Positions 44,713 through 53,017 of a stretch of 64,000 bases of DNA are shown piece by piece (positions within the stretch are counted from its first letter, which is position 1; every line of letters begins with the position of its first letter). The position numbers were made by a program, and so were the translations under genes. The notes beneath the pieces were generated by a model that saw nothing but the letters and a program-made list of their open reading frames with translations, made no database searches and had not been told where the DNA came from. The DNA comes from Candidatus Limnocylindrales bacterium (lineage in GTDB: Bacteria; Chloroflexota; Limnocylindria; Limnocylindrales; CSP1-4). The stretch spans positions 6,071-70,070 of the forward strand of contig DASYTG010000059.1 of the NCBI GenBank assembly GCA_036002525.1. The letters run 5' to 3'.

Positions 44713-44753
44713 GCTGTTCACCTGCCCGAGACGCCGCGAACCGGTCCCGGGTT

Positions 44754-46604
44754 TCAGGCGGCCGGGACCGTCACGAGGGCGTCGACGGCGACCGCGAGGA
44801 AGAGAAGCGCCAGGTACGAGATCGAGTAGCGGTAGAGGCGGATCGCCTGGGCGGTCGACGCTTCTGGCGCGCTCCCCTGCCGCCACAGGAGCCATGCCTG
44901 GCGGAGGAAGAGCCCGCCGAGGACGGCAGCTGCGGCAAGGTACAACGGACCCAGCCGCGCCACCGGCCACAGGATCAGCGAGATCGCGACCATCAGCAGC
45001 GAGTAGAGCCCGATCTGGCGGCTCGTCTCGGCGATCCCCTTGACGACGGGCAGCATCGGCACGCCGGCGGCCGCGTAGTCCTTCCGGATCCGGAGCGACA
45101 GCGCCCAGAAGTGAGGCGGGGTCCAGTAGAACACCAGCGCGAACAGGAGCAGCGCCGGAACGCCGATGTTCCCCGTGACCGCGGTCCAGCCGATGACCGG
45201 CGGGAGCGCGCCGGCCGCCCCGCCGATCACGATGTTCTGGGGCGTCGAGCGCTTCATGAGCATCGTGTAGACGACGACGTAGAACGCGATCGCCAGGAGG
45301 GCGAGGAACGCCGACAGGAGGTTCACGAAGAAGGCCAGGACCGCGAACGACATCACGCCGAGGACGATCCCGAACACGACGGCGTTCGCGGGCTCGACCT
45401 CGTGGGCCGGCAACGGTCGGCGGCGCGTTCGGGCCATCACGAGGTCGATGTCCCGGTCGAGGTAGCAGTTGATCGCGTTCGCGCTGCCCGCCGCGAGCCC
45501 GCCGCCCAGCAAGGTCCAGAAGATGAGCGCCGGCGACGGGATGCTGCGCTGGGCGAGGACCATTGCCGGGACGGTCGTCACGAGCAGGAGCTCGACGATC
45601 CGTGGCTTCGTCAGCGCGACGTATGCCCGAACGGAGTCCTTCAACGTCCGCGGCCGGTCCGTCGTCGACGGCTCGGTGTCCGCTCCCGCGCTCCCCGTCC
45701 CGACCGGCGCGCCGACCCGCGCCTCGTAATGCGCCGCGACCGCGAGCGCGGCGAGCAGCCCCCAGATGCCGGTGCCGAGGGCCAGGTGGAGCGTCTGGCT
45801 CCACTCCGACAGCCCCGTGACGATCTGGAGGCCGCCGACGATCGCCTGGACCGGGTACAGGACGGCGGCGGCAAGCGCGAGGCCAACCAGCGCCCGGTGA
45901 CGGCGCTGGGTCCGCCAGGCGGCAAGCGCGATCGCGGCGACGATCAACCCGACGACGACCGCGACCCAGCGATGGAGGACGTGGGCGACGACCTGCTCGC
46001 CGACGAGCGGTGGGAACGGGGTGCCGCCCATGAGTGGCCAGTCGGGGAAGACGTTCCACGCGTTCGCCGCGGTCACGTTGGAGCCGAAGAGGAGCAGCGC
46101 GAATGTCGCGACGGCACCGAACGCCGCGAGCAACGTGAACCGCTGGCTCGCACCGCGCCCTCCGATCCGGGCCGGGTAGAGCGATCGAACGAGGACGAAC
46201 ACGAGGAGCCCCACGAGCGCCATCGCCGCCGCGAGATGGACCGTCACGGACTCCCCGGTGTTGCCAAGGCGGACGGTTTCGCGGCCGAGCCACGCCTGGT
46301 AGCCGACGAGCGCGACCGCGGCGAGGGACGGCCAGACGATCGAGGCGCGGTCCCGATGGTCGCGAAGCGCGACCGCCGCCATGGCGACGATGAGCAGGCC
46401 GATGACGACCGCGACGGTCCGGTGGAGCCACTCGATCCAGACCTGGAAGCCCTGGTCGAGGGTCGGCAGGAACTGGCCCTCGAAGCAGCCGGGCCAGTGC
46501 GGACACGCCGTCCCCGAATCGGTCGCCCGCACGACGACGCCGATCGTGACGAGCAGGAACGTCGTCGCGACCGTCGCGGCCGCGAGCTTCTGGAATCGGG
46601 TCAC
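44754..46604 (-). CDS. ctaA/ctaB: fused heme A synthase (CtaA/COX15) - protoheme IX farnesyltransferase (CtaB)
   Basis: The N-terminal half, TDSGTACPHWPGC...WLHR, is COX15-type. The C-terminal half, LTKPRIVELL...NCYLDRDID...RRPLP, is UbiA/CtaB-type. GTG 46604 has GGAGG 4 nt upstream. Confidence 0.8.
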   Translation of the reverse strand: MTRFQKLAAATVATTFLLVTIGVVVRATDSGTACPHWPGCFEGQFLPTLDQGFQVWIEWLHRTVAVVIGLLIVAMAAVALRDHRDRASIVWPSLAAVALVGYQAWLGRETVRLGNTGESVTVHLAAAMALVGLLVFVLVRSLYPARIGGRGASQRFTLLAAFGAVATFALLLFGSNVTAANAWNVFPDWPLMGGTPFPPLVGEQVVAHVLHRWVAVVVGLIVAAIALAAWRTQRRHRALVGLALAAAVLYPVQAIVGGLQIVTGLSEWSQTLHLALGTGIWGLLAALAVAAHYEARVGAPVGTGSAGADTEPSTTDRPRTLKDSVRAYVALTKPRIVELLLVTTVPAMVLAQRSIPSPALIFWTLLGGGLAAGSANAINCYLDRDIDLVMARTRRRPLPAHEVEPANAVVFGIVLGVMSFAVLAFFVNLLSAFLALLAIAFYVVVYTMLMKRSTPQNIVIGGAAGALPPVIGWTAVTGNIGVPALLLFALVFYWTPPHFWALSLRIRKDYAAAGVPMLPVVKGIAETSRQIGLYSLLMVAISLILWPVARLGPLYLAAAAVLGGLFLRQAWLLWRQGSAPEASTAQAIRLYRYSISYLALLFLAVAVDALVTVPAA

Positions 46605-46717
46605 CGAACCTCCAAGCGCCGCCGGGGCGCGGCCCGGGAATTGTAACGCCGGCACTGCCTGATCCCCGCGGAGTCGGCGAAGGCGCAGGAGAGCGACCGC
46701 GGGTACGCTTGGGCCCA

Positions 46718-47731
46718 ATGCGTTTCCTCCGGGTCACCGTCACGCTCCTGCTCGCCACTGTCCTCGCCGGGTGCGGGGTCGCGCTCGAGGAACCGTCGAG
46801 CCCGCCACCGACGGCGACCCCGGTCCCGACGGTCGCGCCACCGCCGTCGGATTGCCCGGCCGAGCCCGACCCCGGCGAGATCGAGGGCTGGGACGTCGGG
46901 AGCCAGACGCCCAGCGTCATCCCGGTGATCACGAACATCCGCCTGACCTGCGGCACGAACCGGGTCGTCATCGGCCTGCTGAGCCCGGCCAATGTCCCGG
47001 TCGCCGCGCCGGACCGCTCCCTTCGGGCCCGGTTCTTCGATCTCTCGAACGATCCGGCCAACCCGAGCGGCGAGGCGACCGGCCTGTTCACGTGGGCGAT
47101 CGAAGGCACGACCGGGCTCTACATCGTCTCGGCCGATTTCGACCATGCGGGGGTCTGGGGCGTCGAGATCGTCACCCAGGCGCGGGGCGGGCCCGAGGAG
47201 ACGATCCGATTGCGGTTCGACGTCGCCGAGTCGACCCCGACGATCCGGGTCGGCCAGAAGGCGCCCGCGTCGGACACCCCCACGGCGGCCGACGTCGGTG
47301 GCGACCTCGCACTCGTGTCGACCGACGACGACCCGGAGCCGACGTTCTACGACACGTCGATCGCGGACGCGCTCGCGGCCAGGCGGCCGTTCGTGGTCGC
47401 GTTCGCCACACCGAAGTTCTGCACCTCGGCGACGTGCGGCCCGACCCTCGACCGGCTGAAGCCGTTCGCCAAGGCGTGGCCGTCGGTCGACTTCATCAAC
47501 GTCGAGCCCTACCGTCTCGAGCCGGTCGACGGGCAGCTCCAGCCGGTTCTCGGGCCGAATGGCGAGCTGCAGCCGGTCGCGGCGTCCGAGGAGTGGGGCC
47601 TCCTCACCGAGCCGGCGGTGTTCGTCGTCGACGCCGAGGGAACGGTCCGGGGCGCATTCGAGGGCGCGTTCGCGGACGATGAGCTTCGAGCGGCGCTCGC
47701 CGCGGTCGACGTGCCGACCGGCCAGGGCTAG
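46718..47731 (+). CDS. thioredoxin-fold (TlpA/SCO-like) lipoprotein
   Basis: Lipobox LAGC. FVVAFATPKFCTSATCGP is a redox-type Cys pair in a Trx-like context. The gene is divergent from ctaA/ctaB. Confidence 0.6.
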   Translation: MRFLRVTVTLLLATVLAGCGVALEEPSSPPPTATPVPTVAPPPSDCPAEPDPGEIEGWDVGSQTPSVIPVITNIRLTCGTNRVVIGLLSPANVPVAAPDRSLRARFFDLSNDPANPSGEATGLFTWAIEGTTGLYIVSADFDHAGVWGVEIVTQARGGPEETIRLRFDVAESTPTIRVGQKAPASDTPTAADVGGDLALVSTDDDPEPTFYDTSIADALAARRPFVVAFATPKFCTSATCGPTLDRLKPFAKAWPSVDFINVEPYRLEPVDGQLQPVLGPNGELQPVAASEEWGLLTEPAVFVVDAEGTVRGAFEGAFADDELRAALAAVDVPTGQG

Positions 47732-48060
47732 CGAGGCGCGTCCTCGAGGCGGATCGCGACGCGCTCGTCGCCCTCCATCTCGAACGTCACCCGGACCGGC
47801 ACTCCGTCGGCCAGATGGACGCCGAGATGCGCGGGCGGGAACTGGACGGGGTTCTGCACCCGCCCGATTCGGAAGTCGAGCGTCCGGCCGTCTGCCGTCC
47901 TAAGCGTGAACCCGCGGACGTCGGTGAGGCCGGCCGAGTCGACCGCGACGACGACCCCGGTCTCGACCCGCTCGTCGCCGACCCGCGGCGCCAGCGCGAT
48001 CGCCACGACCGCGAGGGCCACGACCGCGCCCAGAAGGGGCAGAACCCTCCGCCGGCTCAC
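47728..48060 (-). CDS. small membrane-anchored protein (hypothetical)
   Basis: GTG 48060 overlaps the pyrE TGA as GTGA. One TM segment (VLPLLGAVVALAVVAIAL) followed by a beta-rich ~80-aa domain. Confidence 0.45.
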   Translation of the reverse strand: MSRRRVLPLLGAVVALAVVAIALAPRVGDERVETGVVVAVDSAGLTDVRGFTLRTADGRTLDFRIGRVQNPVQFPPAHLGVHLADGVPVRVTFEMEGDERVAIRLEDAPR

Positions 48061-48740
48061 CTGGATGCGGCCGCGCCGGTGCTCCCCGGGGCGACCAGCG
48101 GGAGACCGTCCGCGCACCCGGGGCATGTCGCCCGGCCGGGCTCGTACGTCGACAGGTCGAGGCGCCAGAGCGCCTGGAGCGGATAGACGCGGCCCGTCAG
48201 CGGCGAGGTCAGGGTCTGGCGGTCCACGCCGGAACGGTCGACCAGCACGTGGCAGGCGACGATCTCGCCGCCCGTCGCCTCGACTGCGGGAACCGTCGCG
48301 AGCAGCGAGCCGCCGGTCGTGAGGATGTCGTCGACAAGGAGGACGCGCTCGCCCGGCTCGATCCGGAAGCCGCGCCGGAACTCACGGCGGGTCGTCCCGT
48401 CGTCGGCCCGGACCTCCTCGGCGAAGATCGCCCGGGTCCCGAGCTGGCGCCCGGTCTCGAAGGCGAGGATCACGCCGCCCGTCGTCGGCCCGGCGACGAG
48501 ATCGACCACCGGCCGCCCGTCGTCGTCGCGACTCGCGGCGGCCCAGAAGCCGCAGAGCTCGCTCGTGGCGGCCGGATCCGACAGGACTGCGAACTTCTCG
48601 ACGTACGCGTCGCCGTGGCGGCCGCTCTTCAGGAGGAAGTGGCCGTCGCGCAAGGCCCCGGATCGGCGGAAGAGCTCCTCGGTCCGGCGGGCGATCGCGG
48701 CGCGCGCGGCGCTCGCCAGTGCCGGCTTGATCGTCGTCAC
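48057..48740 (-). CDS. pyrE: orotate phosphoribosyltransferase
   Basis: VLLVDDILTTGGS PRPP-binding motif and a HFLLKSGRH start region. Confidence 0.9.
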   Translation of the reverse strand: MTTIKPALASAARAAIARRTEELFRRSGALRDGHFLLKSGRHGDAYVEKFAVLSDPAATSELCGFWAAASRDDDGRPVVDLVAGPTTGGVILAFETGRQLGTRAIFAEEVRADDGTTRREFRRGFRIEPGERVLLVDDILTTGGSLLATVPAVEATGGEIVACHVLVDRSGVDRQTLTSPLTGRVYPLQALWRLDLSTYEPGRATCPGCADGLPLVAPGSTGAAASR

Positions 48741-48765
48741 GCGACGAGTCTAGCGGCGACCGCGG

Positions 48766-49761
48766 TCAGGGCCGGTATTCGACGCCCTTCGCGGACGGTT
48801 GGCCCGGACGGGCAGGCAGGGCGGTTCCGATCAGCGGCCGGTACGAGCCGAGACCCCGCTCCAGGCACGTGGCGGCCAGCTCGTCGATCAGGCGGACCGG
48901 GAGGCTCGGGTCGGCGAAGATCGCCGTGCCGACCTGGACCGCGACCGCGCCGACCGCCAGGTAGTCGAGCATGTCCGCGAGCTCGGTCACGCCACCGATC
49001 GCCACGATCGGCAGGTCGACGACCTGGGCCACCTCGTAGACGACGCGCAATGCGACCGGCTTGATCGCCGGCCCGGACAGCCCGCCGTAGACGTTGCCGA
49101 GCAGCGGCCGCTTTCGGGACGGAGCGACCGCGATCCCGGACAGCGTGTTGATGGCCGTCAGGGCGTCCGCGCCCGCGTCGGCGATCGCCCGGGCGATCGG
49201 GCGGACGTCAGCGACGTTCGGCGAGAGCTTCACGAGCAGCGGCAGGTCCGTCACGCGCCGCACAGCCGCGGTCACCGAGGCCGCCGCATCCGCGTCGATC
49301 GCGAACTGGATCCCGCCCTTTCCGACGTTCGGGCAGGAGATGTTCAGCTCGATCCCGGCGACACCCGGGACGCCCTCGAGCCGTCGCACGACCTCGACGT
49401 AGTCGCCGACCGACTCGCCCGCCACGTTGACGATCACCGGCACGCGCCAGCCCTGCCAGATCGGCGTGTACTTGTCGACGACGGCGTCGACTCCCGGGTT
49501 CTGGAGGCCGATCGAGTTGAGCATTCCCGCCGGCGTCTCGGTGACGCGCGGCGTGACGTTGCCGATCCGCGGCCGAAGGGTCGTCCCCTTGCAGCAGATC
49601 GCCCCGAGGCGCTGGACGTCTACGACCTCGCCGTACTCGACGCCGTAGCCGAATGTGCCCGACGCGACGAGGATCGGGTTGTCGAGCACGAGCCCACGCC
49701 CGAGGTCGACCGACAGGTCGACCTGATCGATCGCGACCGGGGCCGCGGCAAGCGAGACCAT
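48766..49761 (-). CDS. pyrD: dihydroorotate dehydrogenase B, catalytic subunit
   Basis: NPILVASGTFGYG, GIELNISCPN and GGLSGPAIKP motifs. An alternative GTG at 49881, coupled to the pyrK stop, would add a 40-aa basic extension. Confidence 0.85.
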   Translation of the reverse strand: MVSLAAAPVAIDQVDLSVDLGRGLVLDNPILVASGTFGYGVEYGEVVDVQRLGAICCKGTTLRPRIGNVTPRVTETPAGMLNSIGLQNPGVDAVVDKYTPIWQGWRVPVIVNVAGESVGDYVEVVRRLEGVPGVAGIELNISCPNVGKGGIQFAIDADAAASVTAAVRRVTDLPLLVKLSPNVADVRPIARAIADAGADALTAINTLSGIAVAPSRKRPLLGNVYGGLSGPAIKPVALRVVYEVAQVVDLPIVAIGGVTELADMLDYLAVGAVAVQVGTAIFADPSLPVRLIDELAATCLERGLGSYRPLIGTALPARPGQPSAKGVEYRP

Positions 49762-49877
49762 GTGCGGGCGGACCGCTGCCGGCCTCGCGGGCACGATCGC
49801 CGACTTCACCCGACGAACCGTCGGTGTCCGTCGCGGGCGCGGAGGGTAGGGCGACGTCACGACCCGCTTCTTCGCCT

Positions 49878-50738
49878 TCACCAGCCGGCCTCCCAGGCGA
49901 TCTCCTCGGCCGCGAACACGGGTCCCTCGCGGCACACCCGCTGGGGCGATCCGGCGGCGCTCATCACCACGCAGCCCAGGCAAGCCCCCACCGCGCAGCC
50001 CATGTTCTGCTCCATCGACACCTGGAGGAATGCCTTTCGCCGCGCGGCCGGCGAGCCGACCGGGTCCGCCTTTCCGCCGCCCCGCTTCCGGCCGAGGCGG
50101 GCGACGCCGAGGCGGCCGCGGCGCGTCGCCGCGAGCCCGGCGAGCGCCGCGAGCATCGGTTGCGGACCGCACGCGAACGCCTGGTCGGCCCACGCTTCGT
50201 ATGCCGGCACGAGCTCCGTCACGAAGCCCGTGTGTCCCACCGACCCGTCGTCGGTCGCGATGACGTACTCGACCTCGTCCGGGAGGAGGCTCGACGGGTA
50301 GACCTCGCGCGCGTTCGCGGCGCCGAACAGCAGCGTCACCTGGCGGCCGTCGCGGACGGCCTCGTCGGCCAGCATCCGGATTCCGGCCATCCCCAGCCCG
50401 CCGGCGACAAGGAGCAGGTGCCGGCTCCGCGGGTCGACCTCGAACGGCCGGCCCAGCGGCCCGAGCATGTCGATCGCGTCGCCCGGACGGAGGCGGGTGA
50501 ACCATTCGGTGCCGCGGCCGATCGTTCGGAAGTGGATCGTGACGATCCCCGACGCGACGTCGGCGGTATTGATCGAGAAGGGCCGCCGCAGGACGAGCCC
50601 GGACCAGTCCCCGGGCCGGACGTGGACGAACTGGCCGGCCCGCGACCCGTTCGCGAGGTGGGGAGCGTGGAATGCCTGGATCCACTGGCCGGGCAGGATC
50701 TCCCGGCTGTCGACGAGCTCCGCCGCCACGAGGCGCAT
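49878..50738 (-). CDS. pyrK: dihydroorotate dehydrogenase electron-transfer subunit
   Basis: RRPFSI FAD-binding motif, LLVAGGLG NAD-type motif, and a C-terminal CAVGACLGC 2Fe-2S cysteine cluster. Confidence 0.85.
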   Translation of the reverse strand: MRLVAAELVDSREILPGQWIQAFHAPHLANGSRAGQFVHVRPGDWSGLVLRRPFSINTADVASGIVTIHFRTIGRGTEWFTRLRPGDAIDMLGPLGRPFEVDPRSRHLLLVAGGLGMAGIRMLADEAVRDGRQVTLLFGAANAREVYPSSLLPDEVEYVIATDDGSVGHTGFVTELVPAYEAWADQAFACGPQPMLAALAGLAATRRGRLGVARLGRKRGGGKADPVGSPAARRKAFLQVSMEQNMGCAVGACLGCVVMSAAGSPQRVCREGPVFAAEEIAWEAGW

Positions 50739-50740
50739 CC

Positions 50741-51694
50741 TCAGGTGCGGGGCAGGCTGCCGTTCCCGTTGCGCGAGGTGCCGTCATCCTCGTCGCCCTC
50801 GTCGGCCTCGGCCGCGTCCTCCCCGGCGCCGTCCGACTCGTCGGCCGCCGCGGCCTCCTCGACCTCCGATTCCGGGGCGACCGACGGCCACGCCTCGGCG
50901 AGCGCATCCGCGAGGTCGCCGAACACATCCGTCGGGTCGTAGAACTCGACGAGCTCCTCCGGCGTCTCGAGCGTCCGCCACTCGCCGCCCGCATCCTCCG
51001 GCACGACCTCGGCCCGGAAGCCGTCGTTCGCGGTCAGGGTCAGGCGCTCATCGTCGTCGTCGACGACGATGAGGTCGCCGAGCCGGGCGGTCAGGTTCGC
51101 CGACGCGACCTCGAACTGGTCGAGGAGGTGCGACTCGCTCCGCTGGCTCCGCTCCTGGTACTCGAGGGCGAGGTCATAGAGCCGTCGGGCCGCCGATTCG
51201 TCGTCGTCCGCCTCGAGCACCTCGGGCTGGGTGGCGGCCCACTCGTCGGCGGCCGCGGCATACGCATCGTTGCCGATCGTGAAGCTCTCATCGGGGCCGA
51301 CCATCGCCGCCTCCATGAGGTCGTCGGTCGCGGTCGGCTCGGCGGACAGGCCCGCGGCCTCGCGCGCCGCCTCGGCGAAGGCCGCATAGAGGTCCGCCGG
51401 GTTGTAGAGCTCGATCAGCTCGGACGCGTGCTCGATGACCTCGGTCTCGCTGACCCACTGGCCGGTCGCGTCGTCGAACTCCCGGGTCCGGCTGCGGAAT
51501 GTCAGATCCGGCGCGATCGACAGGTAGTCGGGGTCGTCGTCGATGAGGGTCAGCCCGCCGAGCTCGGTGATCCGCTCACCGTTGGCGTTGAGGAAGCGGC
51601 GGAACTGCTCGGTCGACTGGACGAGGAAGTCGCCCCGCTCGAGGGCGGCGTCTGCCGCCAGCTCCCCGAGCAGGTCCTTGCGGCTCGTGTCCAT
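50741..51694 (-). CDS. acidic protein with an internal domain duplication (hypothetical)
   Basis: ATG 51694 is preceded by GAAGGAG, and the stop lies 2 nt before the pyrK ATG. Two homologous halves each end in ELIELYNPADLYAAFAEA / ELVEFYDPTDVFGDLADA. The tail is rich in D/E. Confidence 0.6.
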   Translation of the reverse strand: MDTSRKDLLGELAADAALERGDFLVQSTEQFRRFLNANGERITELGGLTLIDDDPDYLSIAPDLTFRSRTREFDDATGQWVSETEVIEHASELIELYNPADLYAAFAEAAREAAGLSAEPTATDDLMEAAMVGPDESFTIGNDAYAAAADEWAATQPEVLEADDDESAARRLYDLALEYQERSQRSESHLLDQFEVASANLTARLGDLIVVDDDDERLTLTANDGFRAEVVPEDAGGEWRTLETPEELVEFYDPTDVFGDLADALAEAWPSVAPESEVEEAAAADESDGAGEDAAEADEGDEDDGTSRNGNGSLPRT

Positions 51695-51806
51695 CGGAGG
51701 CGGCTCCTTCGGCGTGATCGTGGCGAGGCGCGGCGCGGGCTTGAGATTCTCGCGTGAGAACCGTTCGGTCGTCGGGCTCCTCCACCTGGAACGACCGAGG
51801 CGGCGC

Positions 51807-52196
51807 CTATTGTCGCACGCTGCCCTCGGGCGGCGGGTCGCCGCGCTTCGCGTCGTTTGACGCCTCGCTGTCCTCCAGGTCTCCCACCGTCCGCGAGCGC
51901 GAAGCCATCGGACGGCGGCGGCCGGCCCGGCGGTCGGCGGCCACGAGCCGAAGCAGAAAGATGATCGTCTGGCCGGCGACGAGGAGCAGCACGATGACCG
52001 CGACGAGGAGCGCTGCGGTGATCCATTCCGGCCAGCCCCAGGCGGCACTGAGCGGCGTGAGGACGACGAGCACGGCGAGGACGGCGAGCTGGAAGCGGAA
52101 GCAGCCGAGGCTGGGGCCACGATCGGCGTCGAGCGGCTCGCCTTTGTAGCGGACAGGCCGAACCGAGGAGGGCTTTTGGGGGGTGGGATCGGTCAC
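51807..52196 (-). CDS. two-TM membrane protein (hypothetical)
   Basis: 129 aa, GTG start. Two hydrophobic helices are flanked by charged termini. Confidence 0.5.
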   Translation of the reverse strand: MTDPTPQKPSSVRPVRYKGEPLDADRGPSLGCFRFQLAVLAVLVVLTPLSAAWGWPEWITAALLVAVIVLLLVAGQTIIFLLRLVAADRRAGRRRPMASRSRTVGDLEDSEASNDAKRGDPPPEGSVRQ

Positions 52197-52411
52197 GCGG
52201 CAACTCTACGCGGAGAGGCGCATCAGTCGCCTACGCACGAGAAGCGTCGTAGCGCCCTGCTGCGAGGCTGGCCGCCCGGTGGTCCCCTCCGTCCACGCAC
52301 GGCTGCGAGTCAAAGGCGCGCGAGATGCCGCTCGTCGAGCCGTCTCGTGCCCGCCTACCATGGCGCCGTGTCCGTGACCGACCTGCCCCAGCCGAAGACG
52401 CCCGTTCGAGC

Positions 52412-52864
52412 GTGACCCGGAGATTCCCCTTCGCCGTGTTCGTCGCTACGGCGGTCATCTTTCTGGCGTGCCTACCGGCGAGACCCGAGTTCGAACTGCC
52501 GCGGCACGATCTATCGGCCGCTGACGCGAGCGGAGTTGCGACCGGGGGCGTCATTCGCTTTGACGGTCGGTGCGTATGGCTCGATGCCGGAGGCGGTCAG
52601 GAGGCGAACCTTGTCTGGCCTCCCCAGTTTCGCGCCCTGGCAGGGCCGCTCGAGATTTTCGGGCTCTCCGGCCTTCCAATCATCCGGGAAGGTGACCGGG
52701 TGTCACTCGGAGTGAGCGTTAGCCGGCGGTTGGTCGCTGGGTGTCCGACTCGACAGGCGTGGCTGGTTGGGGAGGTCGGTGAGGTAGACGGAGTCCGGTG
52801 GCCTGACGGCACGCCGAGGACGCACCCGCGGGACCCGTACCCCCCGGTTGGCGTGCCACGCTAG
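52412..52864 (+). CDS. putative lipoprotein (hypothetical)
   Basis: GTG 52412 gives VTRRFPFAVFVATAVIFLAC, a lipobox-like signal peptide. By eye, codon usage is less GC3-biased than in neighbouring genes. Confidence 0.45.
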   Translation: MTRRFPFAVFVATAVIFLACLPARPEFELPRHDLSAADASGVATGGVIRFDGRCVWLDAGGGQEANLVWPPQFRALAGPLEIFGLSGLPIIREGDRVSLGVSVSRRLVAGCPTRQAWLVGEVGEVDGVRWPDGTPRTHPRDPYPPVGVPR

Positions 52865-52984
52865 ACGGGTGTCCTCGAAGGCTGCGGGAGTTCGCCGCCG
52901 AGGATCCGGCCCGCCGCTGATTCAGGTGCGGCCGCGCACCACGAACGGCGCCGCGGGCCGGAATCCGCGTTGACGGCGGCCCCG

Positions 52985-53006
52985 CCGTTCGACAATTGTC
53001 GAACGG
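52985..53006 (+). promoter_or_regulatory. perfect 22-bp palindrome, candidate ArsR-family operator
   Basis: CCGTTCGACAATTGTCGAACGG, 11 nt upstream of GTG 53018 and just after a TTGACG -35-like hexamer (52970-52975). Confidence 0.55.
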
Positions 53007-53017
53007 TGGAGGGCCCC

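Noticed and set aside
44173-47109. A 978-aa ORF, and similar composite ORFs (48766..50994, 36573..38966, 60309..62555, 54123..55952), that look like giant proteins.
   Set aside because: Only the C-terminal part of each is protein-like. The upstream part is an out-of-context R/G/P-rich read-through overlapping other real genes. I trimmed each to an internal start supported by an SD, a signal peptide or translational coupling.
49762-49881. A 40-aa basic N-terminal extension of PyrD starting at a GTG coupled to the pyrK stop.
   Set aside because: The extension (VKAKKRVVTSPYPPRPRRTPTVRRVKSAIVPARPAAVRPH) has no counterpart in the PyrD proteins I know. The ATG at 49761 gives a normal N-terminus. 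I note it as an alternative start rather than calling it.
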